A DNA stretch of 64,000 nt from an uncultured Bacteroidota bacterium (GTDB lineage Bacteria > Bacteroidota > Bacteroidia > Bacteroidales > WCHB1-69), in assembly GCA_902786595.1 (NCBI GenBank), contig CADADB010000004.1:105162-169161 (forward strand), read 5' to 3'. Made by a program: the position numbers and the translations under genes. The notes beneath the pieces were generated by a model. The model ran no database searches, was not told where the DNA came from, and was given only the letters and a program-made list of their open reading frames with translations. Positions 38,155 through 48,541 of the stretch are shown one piece after another. Within the stretch, counting starts at the first letter, position 1. The number at the start of each line of letters is the position of its first letter.

Positions 38155-39461
38155 TGCTGTAATGTTTTAAGTGGTTGAACAAAAGCGTGCCAGAAGAGGT
38201 CGCCGATGAGGTTATAGCCATTGACGGTAAAGTGGACGCGGTCTTTCTGCGCGAGTCCCTTGGCCTGCCATTTAGCCATGGAGCCGAGCCCGCCCATCAC
38301 CTCGAACTGGTCCCAGCAGGCGCCGCCTGTAAGATTCGCTAACCGGTGCATGACGTCGCTAACCTCGGGTCCTGTCTGGTTCACGGTGTAACGTCCCTTC
38401 CTGCCTTTCTTCCAGGTGTCATTGTTCGACAGGAAGATGAACGCACAATCGGGATTGGCCTCGCGAATGCGGGCGATCAGCTGCAAGTAGTTGTTTTTGA
38501 ACACAGTAGAGTCAAAGTCAGTGCCGAAAGCGTCATTCACCCCGATGCCGAAAATCACCAAATCGGGCGGGAAGGCCTTGAGGTCGCGAACAAAGTTCTT
38601 GCACCGCAGATAGGAAGGCACTGCCGCGCCGTTAACCCCTATGGACGTGAAGGTTACGCCCGGTTTCCCGTTTTTCAACCACAACCCGTTCACGAAGAAA
38701 GTATCCGGTGCACCACAAGGGAAGTAAAAAGTAAACTCCTGCAAAGGACGGTCGGGATAAAAGTAGTAACGCTCGTTTTCCAAGTCGGCTTCGTCAGGGA
38801 AGCGCCATATCGTATCATATTTCAGCACGGGATCGATGTAGTGACCGTTGGAGCGGCCGAAGAGGACGAGCGTGTCGGTGGCGAAGTCATAATCCGGCTC
38901 GTTCATCGTGAACTTGATGGACTGTACCGACTGCGTGCAATAGACGGAAATGCCCGACATGCCGAGCGGTGACGGGTACTGCTGATAGACATTGCGTATC
39001 AGCGAGAAAACATCGGAGCGGGTGATTTTGTAGTCGCGAGGGTTGTTGCAAGCGTTGGCCGCCGAGTATGGGAAGATTAGCCCGCGATCGGCTGGTTCGC
39101 CACCATATTCCGCCAAAACGTGCTTGCGGATGCGGTGCGACATCGTGCCTGCCTGCACGTGTGAGCCACCAATGTGCATGATGTGGACGTTGCCCTTGTG
39201 GATGCGGTTCACGCGGTCCCACTTCTCGTAGAAACGCACCAACGGCATGCTGTCCCTGCCCCAGCAGAGTGTGTCGTCATTGAAACGGATGAAGGAGAAT
39301 GTGGAGTCGTAAGACGAGAACAACTCGGGCAGCACCCACACAGCGGAGGTGTCGGCCTCCATCACCAGCGCGACGCTGTCAGCGGTCTCGTCGGTCTGCG
39401 CAAAAACGTTCAACACGCAGAGTGTCAATATGATGCTGATTAGTTTTCGGCGGCCTCCCAT
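38151..39461 (-). CDS. SGNH/GDSL family protein (PatB-like O-acetyltransferase/esterase)
   Basis: HIGGSH, GVNGA, GVND, DRVHF. Confidence 0.85.
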   Translation of the reverse strand: MGGRRKLISIILTLCVLNVFAQTDETADSVALVMEADTSAVWVLPELFSSYDSTFSFIRFNDDTLCWGRDSMPLVRFYEKWDRVNRIHKGNVHIMHIGGSHVQAGTMSHRIRKHVLAEYGGEPADRGLIFPYSAANACNNPRDYKITRSDVFSLIRNVYQQYPSPLGMSGISVYCTQSVQSIKFTMNEPDYDFATDTLVLFGRSNGHYIDPVLKYDTIWRFPDEADLENERYYFYPDRPLQEFTFYFPCGAPDTFFVNGLWLKNGKPGVTFTSIGVNGAAVPSYLRCKNFVRDLKAFPPDLVIFGIGVNDAFGTDFDSTVFKNNYLQLIARIREANPDCAFIFLSNNDTWKKGRKGRYTVNQTGPEVSDVMHRLANLTGGACWDQFEVMGGLGSMAKWQAKGLAQKDRVHFTVNGYNLIGDLFWHAFVQPLKTLQQ

Positions 39462-40951
39462 AAATTGTCGAATTGTTCGGCACCCATCTTTCGACGGGTG
39501 GTGTAGAGTTCATACATCGTCGCGAAATTCTCAGCCAGAGTCTTGCCAACATAGTTCGCGCCGGTAGGGGTGAAATGCACGTAGTCGGGACCGGCCCATC
39601 CTTTCTTCACCCAAGCGATCATAGCGTTTCGGCCGCCCATCACCTCATACAAATCCCAGTAAGCCACATGGTTGCGCAGACACATATTGCGCAAGCTGTC
39701 CACCATCGCGGGCAGGAATTTATACGTCTGCAGCGAACCGCCGTAGGAGTGGCTCATGTCAGACGGCCCGATAAAAAGCAGGGTGGCATTAGGACAAACG
39801 CTCTTGATGCGACGTATCTGCTTCTGCATCAGAGCACAATAATCATTGATGGACTTGGTGCTATAGGTTGATGGCATTTGATTGCCACCGAATTGCAGAA
39901 TGATCAGCCCCACGTTCGAATTCTGGTAGCATTTGCGCAAAATGGAGTCGGTGACGAGGGTGAACTGGTTGCCGGAGGAGCTGCGCAGCGGGATGTTATC
40001 GACACTCACGCCCGGGCCGTTATCGATCATGATGCCGTAGATGTCAGCCGTACCCTGCATATTGAGACGCACTGATGTAGCGGTGGAGTCCGTCTGCCAG
40101 CGCATGGCGTGTATGCCTGCGCCTTCACTCGTGCAGGTGGAATCGAAACCATGCTTGCGGTCGGAAAGAGTTGCGCGGAACTTACCGTCATGGTCATTGT
40201 AGAGCAGCGTGACGCGAGAGAAACGTTTCACGCGACTGTCGGAACGTTTGCTAGTGGAGGCGTATGCGTTGAAAGTGCCGGTGCCGGTGAGTCGGTAACA
40301 TTTCAGCATGAGTCCGTAGTTGCCACGCGCCCGTGCGCCGTCTCCGTATGTGGAGTATAGGGTGAAAGCGCCGCTGGCCGACTGGCTCACCGCATAGGAC
40401 GCAACAGTCTGGATGGCAGGCACCAAGCCCGGACCACCACCGCCGAATTTCGACTGCATCCAGGTGCGGAGGTTACCAGAGATGCGGTCCATCTCAATTT
40501 GCGAATCGCCATAGTGGAGCACGCGCACCACCTCGTCCTTGGATCTTGCCGAAGCCGCTTTCGCGAAGAATTTGTCGAAATAGGTCACATCACCATCGGG
40601 CAGATAAAAGTGACCCTCCGAAGCGAGAGTGGTCTTGAAATGCTCCAATGTATCTATCTGTTCCTCAACCCGTTTCTGTTTGATGGAATCCTCTTTGGCG
40701 ATTTCCGCGATAATGGCTTCGCGCTTCTTGCGGTTGAAGAGTGTGGGTTTAGGGATGCGTTTGTCACGAGAAAGACTGTCACCAGGCAGATCGGGCAAGT
40801 CGGCATCAGGGTCCGCCAGTACTTTTTCGATGGAAGGAAAGTTAACGGTGTGTTTGGCAAGCGTAATGCCCTCTTCGGGATAGAAGAAGCTGATAATCCC
40901 TAAACAAGTGATTATCAAAATGATGAACAACGCAATTTGCCAAGGTTTCAT
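39440..40951 (-). CDS. SGNH/GDSL family membrane-anchored protein
   Basis: HYGDSQIE, QFGGN, DYVHF; N-terminal TM segment. Confidence 0.85.
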   Translation of the reverse strand: MKPWQIALFIILIITCLGIISFFYPEEGITLAKHTVNFPSIEKVLADPDADLPDLPGDSLSRDKRIPKPTLFNRKKREAIIAEIAKEDSIKQKRVEEQIDTLEHFKTTLASEGHFYLPDGDVTYFDKFFAKAASARSKDEVVRVLHYGDSQIEMDRISGNLRTWMQSKFGGGGPGLVPAIQTVASYAVSQSASGAFTLYSTYGDGARARGNYGLMLKCYRLTGTGTFNAYASTSKRSDSRVKRFSRVTLLYNDHDGKFRATLSDRKHGFDSTCTSEGAGIHAMRWQTDSTATSVRLNMQGTADIYGIMIDNGPGVSVDNIPLRSSSGNQFTLVTDSILRKCYQNSNVGLIILQFGGNQMPSTYSTKSINDYCALMQKQIRRIKSVCPNATLLFIGPSDMSHSYGGSLQTYKFLPAMVDSLRNMCLRNHVAYWDLYEVMGGRNAMIAWVKKGWAGPDYVHFTPTGANYVGKTLAENFATMYELYTTRRKMGAEQFDNLWEAAEN

Positions 40952-41185
40952 TCCTTCTCTACCCTAATTTTTGAGGGCGCAAAGGTACACTTTTTTTGCT
41001 GTAGTCATTAAGCTTTTTTATCCCTCTTCTCGCCTTAAAAATCATCAATAAAACAGGCAGGAAATTCTTTAAAAAAATTCACAAAACAGCTGTATTACAA
41101 AAAAAACGTATTTTTGCAACTAATTTTTTAAAAATATAAACAAACAAAAACAATAAAATTCATCAACTAACTAAATTAAATCACC

Positions 41186-44100
41186 ATGCAAAAAATTCTA
41201 CGAACATTAATGCTTGCGGTACTATTGCTGCCGTTCGCATTGCATGCGCAGAACACATTGACTGTGGCCAATGGCACGAATACCAATTCGTATGTGCCAG
41301 TCTATGGCTTGTATGTCGATGATTACGTGCGCTGCCAGACAGTCTATCCCGCCAATGAGATAGCATCCTCAGCCCTTGCTTACAGCATGACGGGAGGAAC
41401 CATCACCTCGTTGACCTACTACTTGAGCACTCCTGCAACAGCTTCTTGGGGGGATGCCCAGTTTGTGGTCAACCTTTTGGAAGTTCCTTACACAACGCTG
41501 ACTTCTTTTGTGGACATGACTGACGCCACAACGGTTTACACCGGTTCTTTGGACGCCACACAGTCCACCATGGAGATCACCTTCACCACCCCCTACACCT
41601 ATCAGGGTGGCAATCTTCTGATTGAGATTTACAGCACAGCAGTAGGTACTTACAAGAGTGCTTATTTCTATGGTATTAATGCCTCCGGTGCCAGCTGGCA
41701 GGGTTACAACAGCACGTCTTGGACCAACATCACCGGTGCCGCGAGGGACTTTATCCCTAAGACCACCTTCACTTTCACTGGAGGCAGCGAGATCACCTGC
41801 CGTCCTATCACAGAACTGAGTATTGACGCTACGGAGACCACATCCAGCAGTCTGACGCTCACTTGGACCGACTCTCTCAACACCGATGCCACCTACACGG
41901 TCTATAACATGGCTGACAATACCGTTCTTCAAAGCGGCATCACAGACCACACCTACACCATCACCGGGCTTGACGCCAACACGACTTACACCTTCGGGGT
42001 GGAGGTCAACTGCTCGGCATCCGATGTTTCTTCCATTACGGCCGTCAGCGGCCGCACCGCTTGTAGCATCCTCTCTTCACTGCCTTTTACCGAGGGTTTC
42101 GAAGACTATCCTTCAGGCGATTACCAGATGCCTTTCTGTTGGAGCCGCTACATTTCCGCCTCCACAGCTTCTGCCACCTATCCTTACAGTTATAGTGGCA
42201 ATTCCCATTCCGGCAGCCGCTCGCTCTACTTCTACGGGACCACCGGAGACGCCTATCCCGACACCATGGTGGCCATCATGCCGGAGCTTGATGTGACTCT
42301 TTACCCGATGAACGCTAACCGTTTGGTTTTCTGGGCCAAGATGGGTACATCATCCAACAGCAAGAATGTCTATGTGGGCACTCTGACCGATCCCACCGAC
42401 CCTTCCACTTTCACTTTGGTTGACAGTGTGCTTGTAAGCGGCAGTGTCTATACCAAGTTTTCAATTCCTATGGCCGATGCCACCGGCGCTTATGTGGCCA
42501 TGGTTGTGTTTAAGGGCACTGGTTCTATGTATATTGACGATGTCACTTTGGAGGAGATGCCTTCATGCCTTGAGGTTTCCAACCTCACTGTGAGCGGCAC
42601 CACTTCAAACAGCATCACCCTCAGCTGGGTTGACTCAACCAACACTGATGCCACCTACACTATTTATGATATGTCCGACAATTCTCTCATCGGCACCTCC
42701 AACACCCATACTTACACTGCCGAAAACCTTGATGCCAATACGGTTTACACTTTCGGTGTGCAGGCCAACTGCAGCGCTGGCGACGCTCCTTTGACCACTG
42801 TCAGCGGCCGTACCGCATGCACTGCCTTTGCAGCGCCTTTCACATGGACTTTTGAAGATATGGCCACCGCTGCAACGCCTGAATGCTGGACCAAAGTCGG
42901 CTCAGGCACAGTTGCCGTCCAGAGCGGCACATCCAACAGCCACGAAAGCAGCAGATACCTCCGCTTCAGCGGCTCTACGAGCAATCTTGTGGTTTTACCC
43001 GAGACCGAGAATGAAATCAACACGCTGCAACTGCGATTCTGGACTCGTCCGGAGAGCTTTACCAACGCCAACTGCGGCAATTTCTCAGTCGGTTATGTGA
43101 CGGATGCCAGCGATGCCTCCTCCTTTGTTGAAGTGAGCAACTATGTATATAGCGATTTCTCTGCATACGACGAGAAAACCGTCATATTCCTCAATGCTCC
43201 CGCGGGCGCCCGCTTGGCTATGCGCCACAATGCTGGATCTACCTCTTGGTACTGGTATGTTGACGATGTGACAATTGAGGATCTTCCGTCTTGTCCGCCT
43301 GTCTCTGGTATGGCTATTGACAATATCACTGCCAATAGTGTCACCTTGAGCTGGAATGGCACAGCGAGCAGCTACAGCATCTATGACATGTCTGACAACA
43401 CGCTCCTCACGAGTGGAATCTCTCAGACCACCTATACTGTAACTGGTCTTACGGCCAACACGTCTTATGTTTTTGGCGTGCGGGCAAACTGTTCGGAAAC
43501 CGATTCTTCTTCAATTGAGACCATCGGCGGGCGCACGGCATGCGACCTTGTCACAACCCTGCCTTTCACCGAAGATTTTGAAACCGTTCCCGCAGGCAGC
43601 TATCAGATGCCTTACTGCTGGTATCGTTATTCTTCCGCTGCCACTTCTGCCGCCACCTATCCTTACTCTTATAGCACGACTTCTTACTCCCACGGTGGTA
43701 GCCGTGTGCTCTATTTCTACGGCACTACCTCCAGCTCATACTCCGACACGATGGCCGCTATCCTGCCCGAGCTTGATGTCACCGTCCATCCGATGAACAC
43801 CACTCGCATCACTTTCTGGGCCAGAATGGGCGCTGCCACCAATGCCAAGTTCGTTTATGTAGGTACCATGACCGATCCTGCCGACCCGACAACCCTCACA
43901 GTGATTGACTCCGTTCTCATTAACGGCGCCACACACACCAAGTATATCGTCCCGATGACCAATGCGAACGCCACGGCTTCTTATGCGGCTCTCGTTGTTT
44001 ACAAGGGTACCGGCAGCATCTACATTGATGACTTAACTCTTGAGGAAATACCTTCTTGCCCTGATGTGACAGGTCTCACCCTCGTCAGCAACACAGCTAC

Positions 44101-47100
44101 AACAGCCACTATCAGCTGGGATGCCACTACGGCACAAGACTATGAAGTAGAAGTGCGCCAGAACAATGTTGCCCTGACCGACGTCACGATAACCGTAACG
44201 GAAAACACCGCTGAAATCGATGGTCTTTCGGTTGACAACGACTACCAAATCTTCGTGCGCGCCATCTGCGGAACTGTGTCGGGTAGCTGGAGCGACGCTC
44301 TTAACTTGCATATCGGCTATTGCTTGCCCAACCCCACTTCACGTGACGGACAAGGCATCACCAGCGTGTCTTTCGGTGGAATGACCAACACCACCCATCC
44401 GACCGCTGCCGGATTTGGAGACTACACCTCCATGGTTGGCACCGTTCCCGTTGGCACTGTCGCCACGGTTGACATCACATACGCCACGGGGTACTCCTAC
44501 GGAACCATCATCTGGGTGGACTGGAACAACAGTTTGAGCTTTGAGGGCAACGAGGTTGTCTATGTTGGCGAAAGTTCCAGCACTAACCCTACCACTCTGA
44601 CTGCCACTTTCAACATTCCTGCTACTACGGAATTAGGCAGCTATCGTATGCGTATTATCGGCGCCGACAGTTATTATGACAGCTACACAGGTTCCATTGA
44701 AGCCGCGGCTGATGCAGATCCGTGTGCCACTTATACATGGGGGGTCGCCGAGGACTATACCCTCACCGTAGGTGAAGCCCCTGACTGTATGCCTGTGACG
44801 GGTCTGACAGACCTCAACACCACTGCAAACAGCATCACATTGAGCTGGAGTGGCAATGCAGCCAGCTACAGCATTTATGACATGTCGGACACGACTCTCA
44901 TCATTAGTGGCATCACCGACACCACATACACCATCGAAGGTCTGAACGCCACAAGCAGCTACACTTTCGGTGTGGTTGCCAACTGTTCCCCCACCCTCTC
45001 TTCTGAGATGGTTACGGCCACCTTCACCACCTCCTGCGGTGCCGTTGCCATTCCTTTCGTGGAGAGTTTTGAGAGCACCAGCACGACATTAGGTTGCTGG
45101 AGCTTGTATAATATCGCCACCAACACAGGTTTAACCAGCACGAACCCGTACAACGGATCCCTGGCATTCGTCTTTGCCTACAACACCAATCCTCCTCAAT
45201 ACCTCTTCTCTCCTGAGTTAAGCGGTACTGAGAATGGTTTGAAAGTAAGCTTTATGTACAGAATAATGAGCACAAACTATCCTGAAAGTTTCCAAATCGG
45301 ATACTCGACAACAACGAATGATCTTGAAGCTTACACTTGGGGGGTGGAACAGACCAATCTCCTCAACACCTCTTATCAGGAATACAGCGAGGTTCTGCCT
45401 GCAGGCACCAAATTTGTCTCCATCAAATACACTGCCAACGACATGTATTATCTCTTCATTGATGATGTCACCTTTGATTACCCGCCGACCTGTGCTCCTG
45501 CTGCCAACTTGACCGCGAGCGCTGTATCCGAAAACTCCATTACCATCAGCTGGACTGGCGATGCTGCCAGCTACGATGTGTACAATGGTAGCACTTTCGT
45601 GGCCAATGTCACCTCCAACAGTTACACCTTCACCGGTCTCAGTTCCTCCACCAACTATACTTTCGGCGTTCAGGCCATCTGCTCGGCCACTGACACTGCC
45701 AGCATGGCGACTATAAATACCATGACCGAGTGCGGTGACATCACCACATTGCCCTACTCTGAAGGTTTTGAAGCCGGCATCGGTTGCTGGACAACCGTCA
45801 ACGGCAGCAACGATGGCCAACCTTGGTCAATCACTGACTGTGCAGGTCTTGAGAATGTCAATCCTCATGGTGGAAACTATGTTGCTTCCTCTTGGAGCTG
45901 GAGCAGCACCGCAATGCATGCCAATGCTTGGTTGATTTCACCGAAATTCGTTCTTCCGAACTCTGCCGAAGATCTCACCTTCACATGGTGGGATGTCACT
46001 AACTCCGGCTGGCCTGACAGCTACAGTGTGGTTCTTTCCACCACCACTGCTGACACCGCCGCTTTCACCACGGTTGTGTATCCTTACACCGCAGCAACTG
46101 GTGCATGGACGCAACACAGCATTGACCTGAGCTCATACGCTGGCCAGAGCGTTTACCTCGCATTCCATCATGTTGATTACGACGCCAACTACCTGTTGAT
46201 TGATGACATCGAATTATCCCAGGGGGGCTTTACTCCTCCTACTCCGGACACTTTGACTGTGACTTTCGCTGTCAACAGCGCGGCCATGGGTACCACGATT
46301 CCCGCTCCCGGCACTTATCAGTACCTTGATGGTGACACCGTTTTCTTCAGCGCCACGCCAAATACCGGCTACCAATTCATAGGTTGGGAATGGGTAACTG
46401 GCAGCATTGTTGATACTTTGGCTGCCAACTACATTTCCGCTTACTTCCCGGCCAGCTCCATGATGTCCTACGGAAGTATGACGCTGACTGCCCTGTTCGA
46501 AGCTGGCAATCCCGACAGCACCACTGTTACATACGCAGTGAATGATGCCACGATGGGCACGACATCTCCTGCCCCCGGCACCTATACTGTCTATGTCGGC
46601 AACAGTATTGTGGCCACCGCTATTCCTAATGATGGCTATGAACTGAGCGCATGGATGTTTGACACTTACGTTGGAACCACCCTTATCAACTCTGACACCA
46701 TTCTCTCCAGCGATTCAGGATTCGGCAACCCGATGACTTTCGGCACTCTTCCTCAGTCCTATGCGGACTATGGGGCCACCATCACCATCACCGCTGTCTT
46801 TGAAGCCAGCTCCACTCCTGTCACGCAATACACTGTGACCTTGAATTCTGCCGATGCCGCTATGGGTAGCGTGTCTCCCGCCGGCGTCACCACTGTTGAC
46901 GAAGGCAGCTCCTTCACCGCTACGGCTACCGCCAACACCGGTTATCATTTCGTGGCTTGGATGAGCGGCAACACCCAAGTGAGCACCGCCAACCCGTACA
47001 CCTTCACCGTGAACGAGAATGTCACCCTGACCGCCACCTTCGAGGCGGACCCGACTCCTCAATACACGGTGACCCTAGTCACCGCTGACGCCGCTATGGG

Positions 47101-47515
47101 CAGTGTTTCTCCTGCCGGCGCCACCACCGTTGACGAAGGCACCACCTTCACCGCAACCGCCACCGCTAATCCCGACCACCACTTCGTGGCTTGGATGAAC
47201 GGCAACTCGCAGGTGAGCACCGCCAACCCGTACACCTTCACCGTAACTGGTGACATTACCTTGACCGCCACCTTCGCGTATAATGACGGTATCGAGAACT
47301 TCGATTTGTCCAAGGTCAACGTCTATTCTACCAACAGCACGATTGTCGTTCGCGGAGCCGAGAATCAAGACCTCGCCGTCTATGACATGAACGGTCGCTG
47401 TATCTACAAGCTTGTCAACGCCAACGAGATTGAAGAAATCACCGTGGTTAGTGCCGGCGTCTATCTTGTAAGAGTCAGCAACGGCATCACAAAGAAAGTG
47501 GTCGTGTTGAAATAA
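41186..47515 (+). CDS. Large T9SS cargo surface protein (FN3, cleaved-adhesin/choice-of-anchor J-like, GEVED, InlB B-repeat-like modules, type A CTD)
   Basis: Signal peptide; repeated LSW...YTITGL.ANT.YTFGV FN3; EGFE...IDDVTL modules; WVDWNN...YRMRI...GVAEDY; NPYTFTV repeats; VYDMNGR...GVYLVRV...KKVVV CTD. Confidence 0.9.
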   Translation: MQKILRTLMLAVLLLPFALHAQNTLTVANGTNTNSYVPVYGLYVDDYVRCQTVYPANEIASSALAYSMTGGTITSLTYYLSTPATASWGDAQFVVNLLEVPYTTLTSFVDMTDATTVYTGSLDATQSTMEITFTTPYTYQGGNLLIEIYSTAVGTYKSAYFYGINASGASWQGYNSTSWTNITGAARDFIPKTTFTFTGGSEITCRPITELSIDATETTSSSLTLTWTDSLNTDATYTVYNMADNTVLQSGITDHTYTITGLDANTTYTFGVEVNCSASDVSSITAVSGRTACSILSSLPFTEGFEDYPSGDYQMPFCWSRYISASTASATYPYSYSGNSHSGSRSLYFYGTTGDAYPDTMVAIMPELDVTLYPMNANRLVFWAKMGTSSNSKNVYVGTLTDPTDPSTFTLVDSVLVSGSVYTKFSIPMADATGAYVAMVVFKGTGSMYIDDVTLEEMPSCLEVSNLTVSGTTSNSITLSWVDSTNTDATYTIYDMSDNSLIGTSNTHTYTAENLDANTVYTFGVQANCSAGDAPLTTVSGRTACTAFAAPFTWTFEDMATAATPECWTKVGSGTVAVQSGTSNSHESSRYLRFSGSTSNLVVLPETENEINTLQLRFWTRPESFTNANCGNFSVGYVTDASDASSFVEVSNYVYSDFSAYDEKTVIFLNAPAGARLAMRHNAGSTSWYWYVDDVTIEDLPSCPPVSGMAIDNITANSVTLSWNGTASSYSIYDMSDNTLLTSGISQTTYTVTGLTANTSYVFGVRANCSETDSSSIETIGGRTACDLVTTLPFTEDFETVPAGSYQMPYCWYRYSSAATSAATYPYSYSTTSYSHGGSRVLYFYGTTSSSYSDTMAAILPELDVTVHPMNTTRITFWARMGAATNAKFVYVGTMTDPADPTTLTVIDSVLINGATHTKYIVPMTNANATASYAALVVYKGTGSIYIDDLTLEEIPSCPDVTGLTLVSNTATTATISWDATTAQDYEVEVRQNNVALTDVTITVTENTAEIDGLSVDNDYQIFVRAICGTVSGSWSDALNLHIGYCLPNPTSRDGQGITSVSFGGMTNTTHPTAAGFGDYTSMVGTVPVGTVATVDITYATGYSYGTIIWVDWNNSLSFEGNEVVYVGESSSTNPTTLTATFNIPATTELGSYRMRIIGADSYYDSYTGSIEAAADADPCATYTWGVAEDYTLTVGEAPDCMPVTGLTDLNTTANSITLSWSGNAASYSIYDMSDTTLIISGITDTTYTIEGLNATSSYTFGVVANCSPTLSSEMVTATFTTSCGAVAIPFVESFESTSTTLGCWSLYNIATNTGLTSTNPYNGSLAFVFAYNTNPPQYLFSPELSGTENGLKVSFMYRIMSTNYPESFQIGYSTTTNDLEAYTWGVEQTNLLNTSYQEYSEVLPAGTKFVSIKYTANDMYYLFIDDVTFDYPPTCAPAANLTASAVSENSITISWTGDAASYDVYNGSTFVANVTSNSYTFTGLSSSTNYTFGVQAICSATDTASMATINTMTECGDITTLPYSEGFEAGIGCWTTVNGSNDGQPWSITDCAGLENVNPHGGNYVASSWSWSSTAMHANAWLISPKFVLPNSAEDLTFTWWDVTNSGWPDSYSVVLSTTTADTAAFTTVVYPYTAATGAWTQHSIDLSSYAGQSVYLAFHHVDYDANYLLIDDIELSQGGFTPPTPDTLTVTFAVNSAAMGTTIPAPGTYQYLDGDTVFFSATPNTGYQFIGWEWVTGSIVDTLAANYISAYFPASSMMSYGSMTLTALFEAGNPDSTTVTYAVNDATMGTTSPAPGTYTVYVGNSIVATAIPNDGYELSAWMFDTYVGTTLINSDTILSSDSGFGNPMTFGTLPQSYADYGATITITAVFEASSTPVTQYTVTLNSADAAMGSVSPAGVTTVDEGSSFTATATANTGYHFVAWMSGNTQVSTANPYTFTVNENVTLTATFEADPTPQYTVTLVTADAAMGSVSPAGATTVDEGTTFTATATANPDHHFVAWMNGNSQVSTANPYTFTVTGDITLTATFAYNDGIENFDLSKVNVYSTNSTIVVRGAENQDLAVYDMNGRCIYKLVNANEIEEITVVSAGVYLVRVSNGITKKVVVLK
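46826..47276 (+). repeat. Two closely similar ~217-bp intragenic repeats (46826-47042, 47060-47276)
   Basis: QYTVTL..ADAAMGSVSPAG.TTVDEG..FTATATAN...QVSTANPYTFTV duplicated with high DNA similarity. Confidence 0.85.
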
Positions 47516-47533
47516 GCTTCTTATTTTGCCTTT

Positions 47534-47561
47534 GTAGAGACGTGCCATGGCGCGTCTCTAC
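47534..47561. repeat. 28-nt GTAG-type REP palindrome (copy 5)
   Basis: Identical to 1799-1826. Confidence 0.85.
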
Positions 47562-47579
47562 AATATAAATCCAACAATC

Positions 47580-47613
47580 AGGCCTGATGCGAACATCGCG
47601 TCAGGCCTTTTTT
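47580..47613 (+). terminator. Terminator after the T9SS cargo gene
   Basis: AGGCCTGATGCGA-ACA-TCGCGTCAGGCCTTTTTT. Confidence 0.8.
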
Positions 47614-47697
47614 GTTGGAAATAACTTTGCTTTTTGTCCTATGTAAAGACTATCCCAAAATAGCACACTAACGTCTTGACAGACAGAGAGGGTTAGT

Positions 47698-48519
47698 TCA
47701 TATTCCCCTCGGCTGCAAACTCCGCCGGTACTCGCTGGGCGACTGTCCGAGGTGTTTGGTGCAGTAGCGGCTGAAATAGCTTAACGACGTAAAATTCATA
47801 CGGTCGGCGATCTGCGTGAGCGAAAGCCGTTCGTCGTTGAGATACTTTTTCAGGATGGGCACCGTGTGGCGATCGATGAAGCTGCTGACGCTGTGGCCGG
47901 TGACGCGCTTGACGGTGGCAGAGAGGTACTTCGGCGACACGTGCAGCCGCTCGGCGTAGTAGCTCACCTCGCGCTCTGTGCGACTGATTCCCGTGGAGAG
48001 CAAATCCATCAGCTGTTTGACGATATAGGCCGTGCGGTCGCTATGGGTATCGGTGGCCTCGCGCCGAGCGTGGAGTTCGAAGATGTCGTACATCATCGTC
48101 AGACAGAGACTCCCCATCATCTCGCGGTAGAAGAGCAGGTGGCGGTCGTCGAGGCGGTCGCGGAGGCGGTGCAAGTCCTCCAGCAGGATTTCCGCCTGAC
48201 GGTCATCGACCTTGATGACGGGGTTCTGGTTGAGCGAGATGCTGCCCCCGATGCTGTAGTTGTTCGACGGCAGCAGTCCGCCGAGGTACTTGTTGTCGGC
48301 GGCGAACCACTCGACTTGCATCCCCGGAGCGGCGGCTAGGTTCTTCGCCCGGCTGGGGTTCGGCATCACCACCAAGTCGTTTTTCACGATATGGTAGCAT
48401 TTTTCGTTGAACACGAAGCTGCCTTCTCCCGCCGTGCACAGCAGGTGCATGCAGGTGTGGCTCAGTTCCGGCGCGTTCATCGCGAGGAAATCGGTGGAAT
48501 AGAGGAAGTCGGGTTTCAT
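47698..48519 (-). CDS. AraC family transcriptional regulator
   Basis: VSYYAERLHVSPKYLS...IADRMNF.SLSYFSRY...GQSPSEYR. Confidence 0.93.
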   Translation of the reverse strand: MKPDFLYSTDFLAMNAPELSHTCMHLLCTAGEGSFVFNEKCYHIVKNDLVVMPNPSRAKNLAAAPGMQVEWFAADNKYLGGLLPSNNYSIGGSISLNQNPVIKVDDRQAEILLEDLHRLRDRLDDRHLLFYREMMGSLCLTMMYDIFELHARREATDTHSDRTAYIVKQLMDLLSTGISRTEREVSYYAERLHVSPKYLSATVKRVTGHSVSSFIDRHTVPILKKYLNDERLSLTQIADRMNFTSLSYFSRYCTKHLGQSPSEYRRSLQPRGI

Positions 48520-48541
48520 AACGCAAAAATAGTAATATCTT

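Noticed and set aside
36295-40951. MBOAT plus two SGNH genes as a novel system
   Set aside because: It matches the established PatA/PatB or AlgI/J-type envelope O-acetylation arrangement.
41186-47515. Diversity-generating retroelement target/template pair
   Set aside because: The repeats are in-frame domain duplications with no evident adenine-specific mismatch pattern, and no reverse transcriptase is present.
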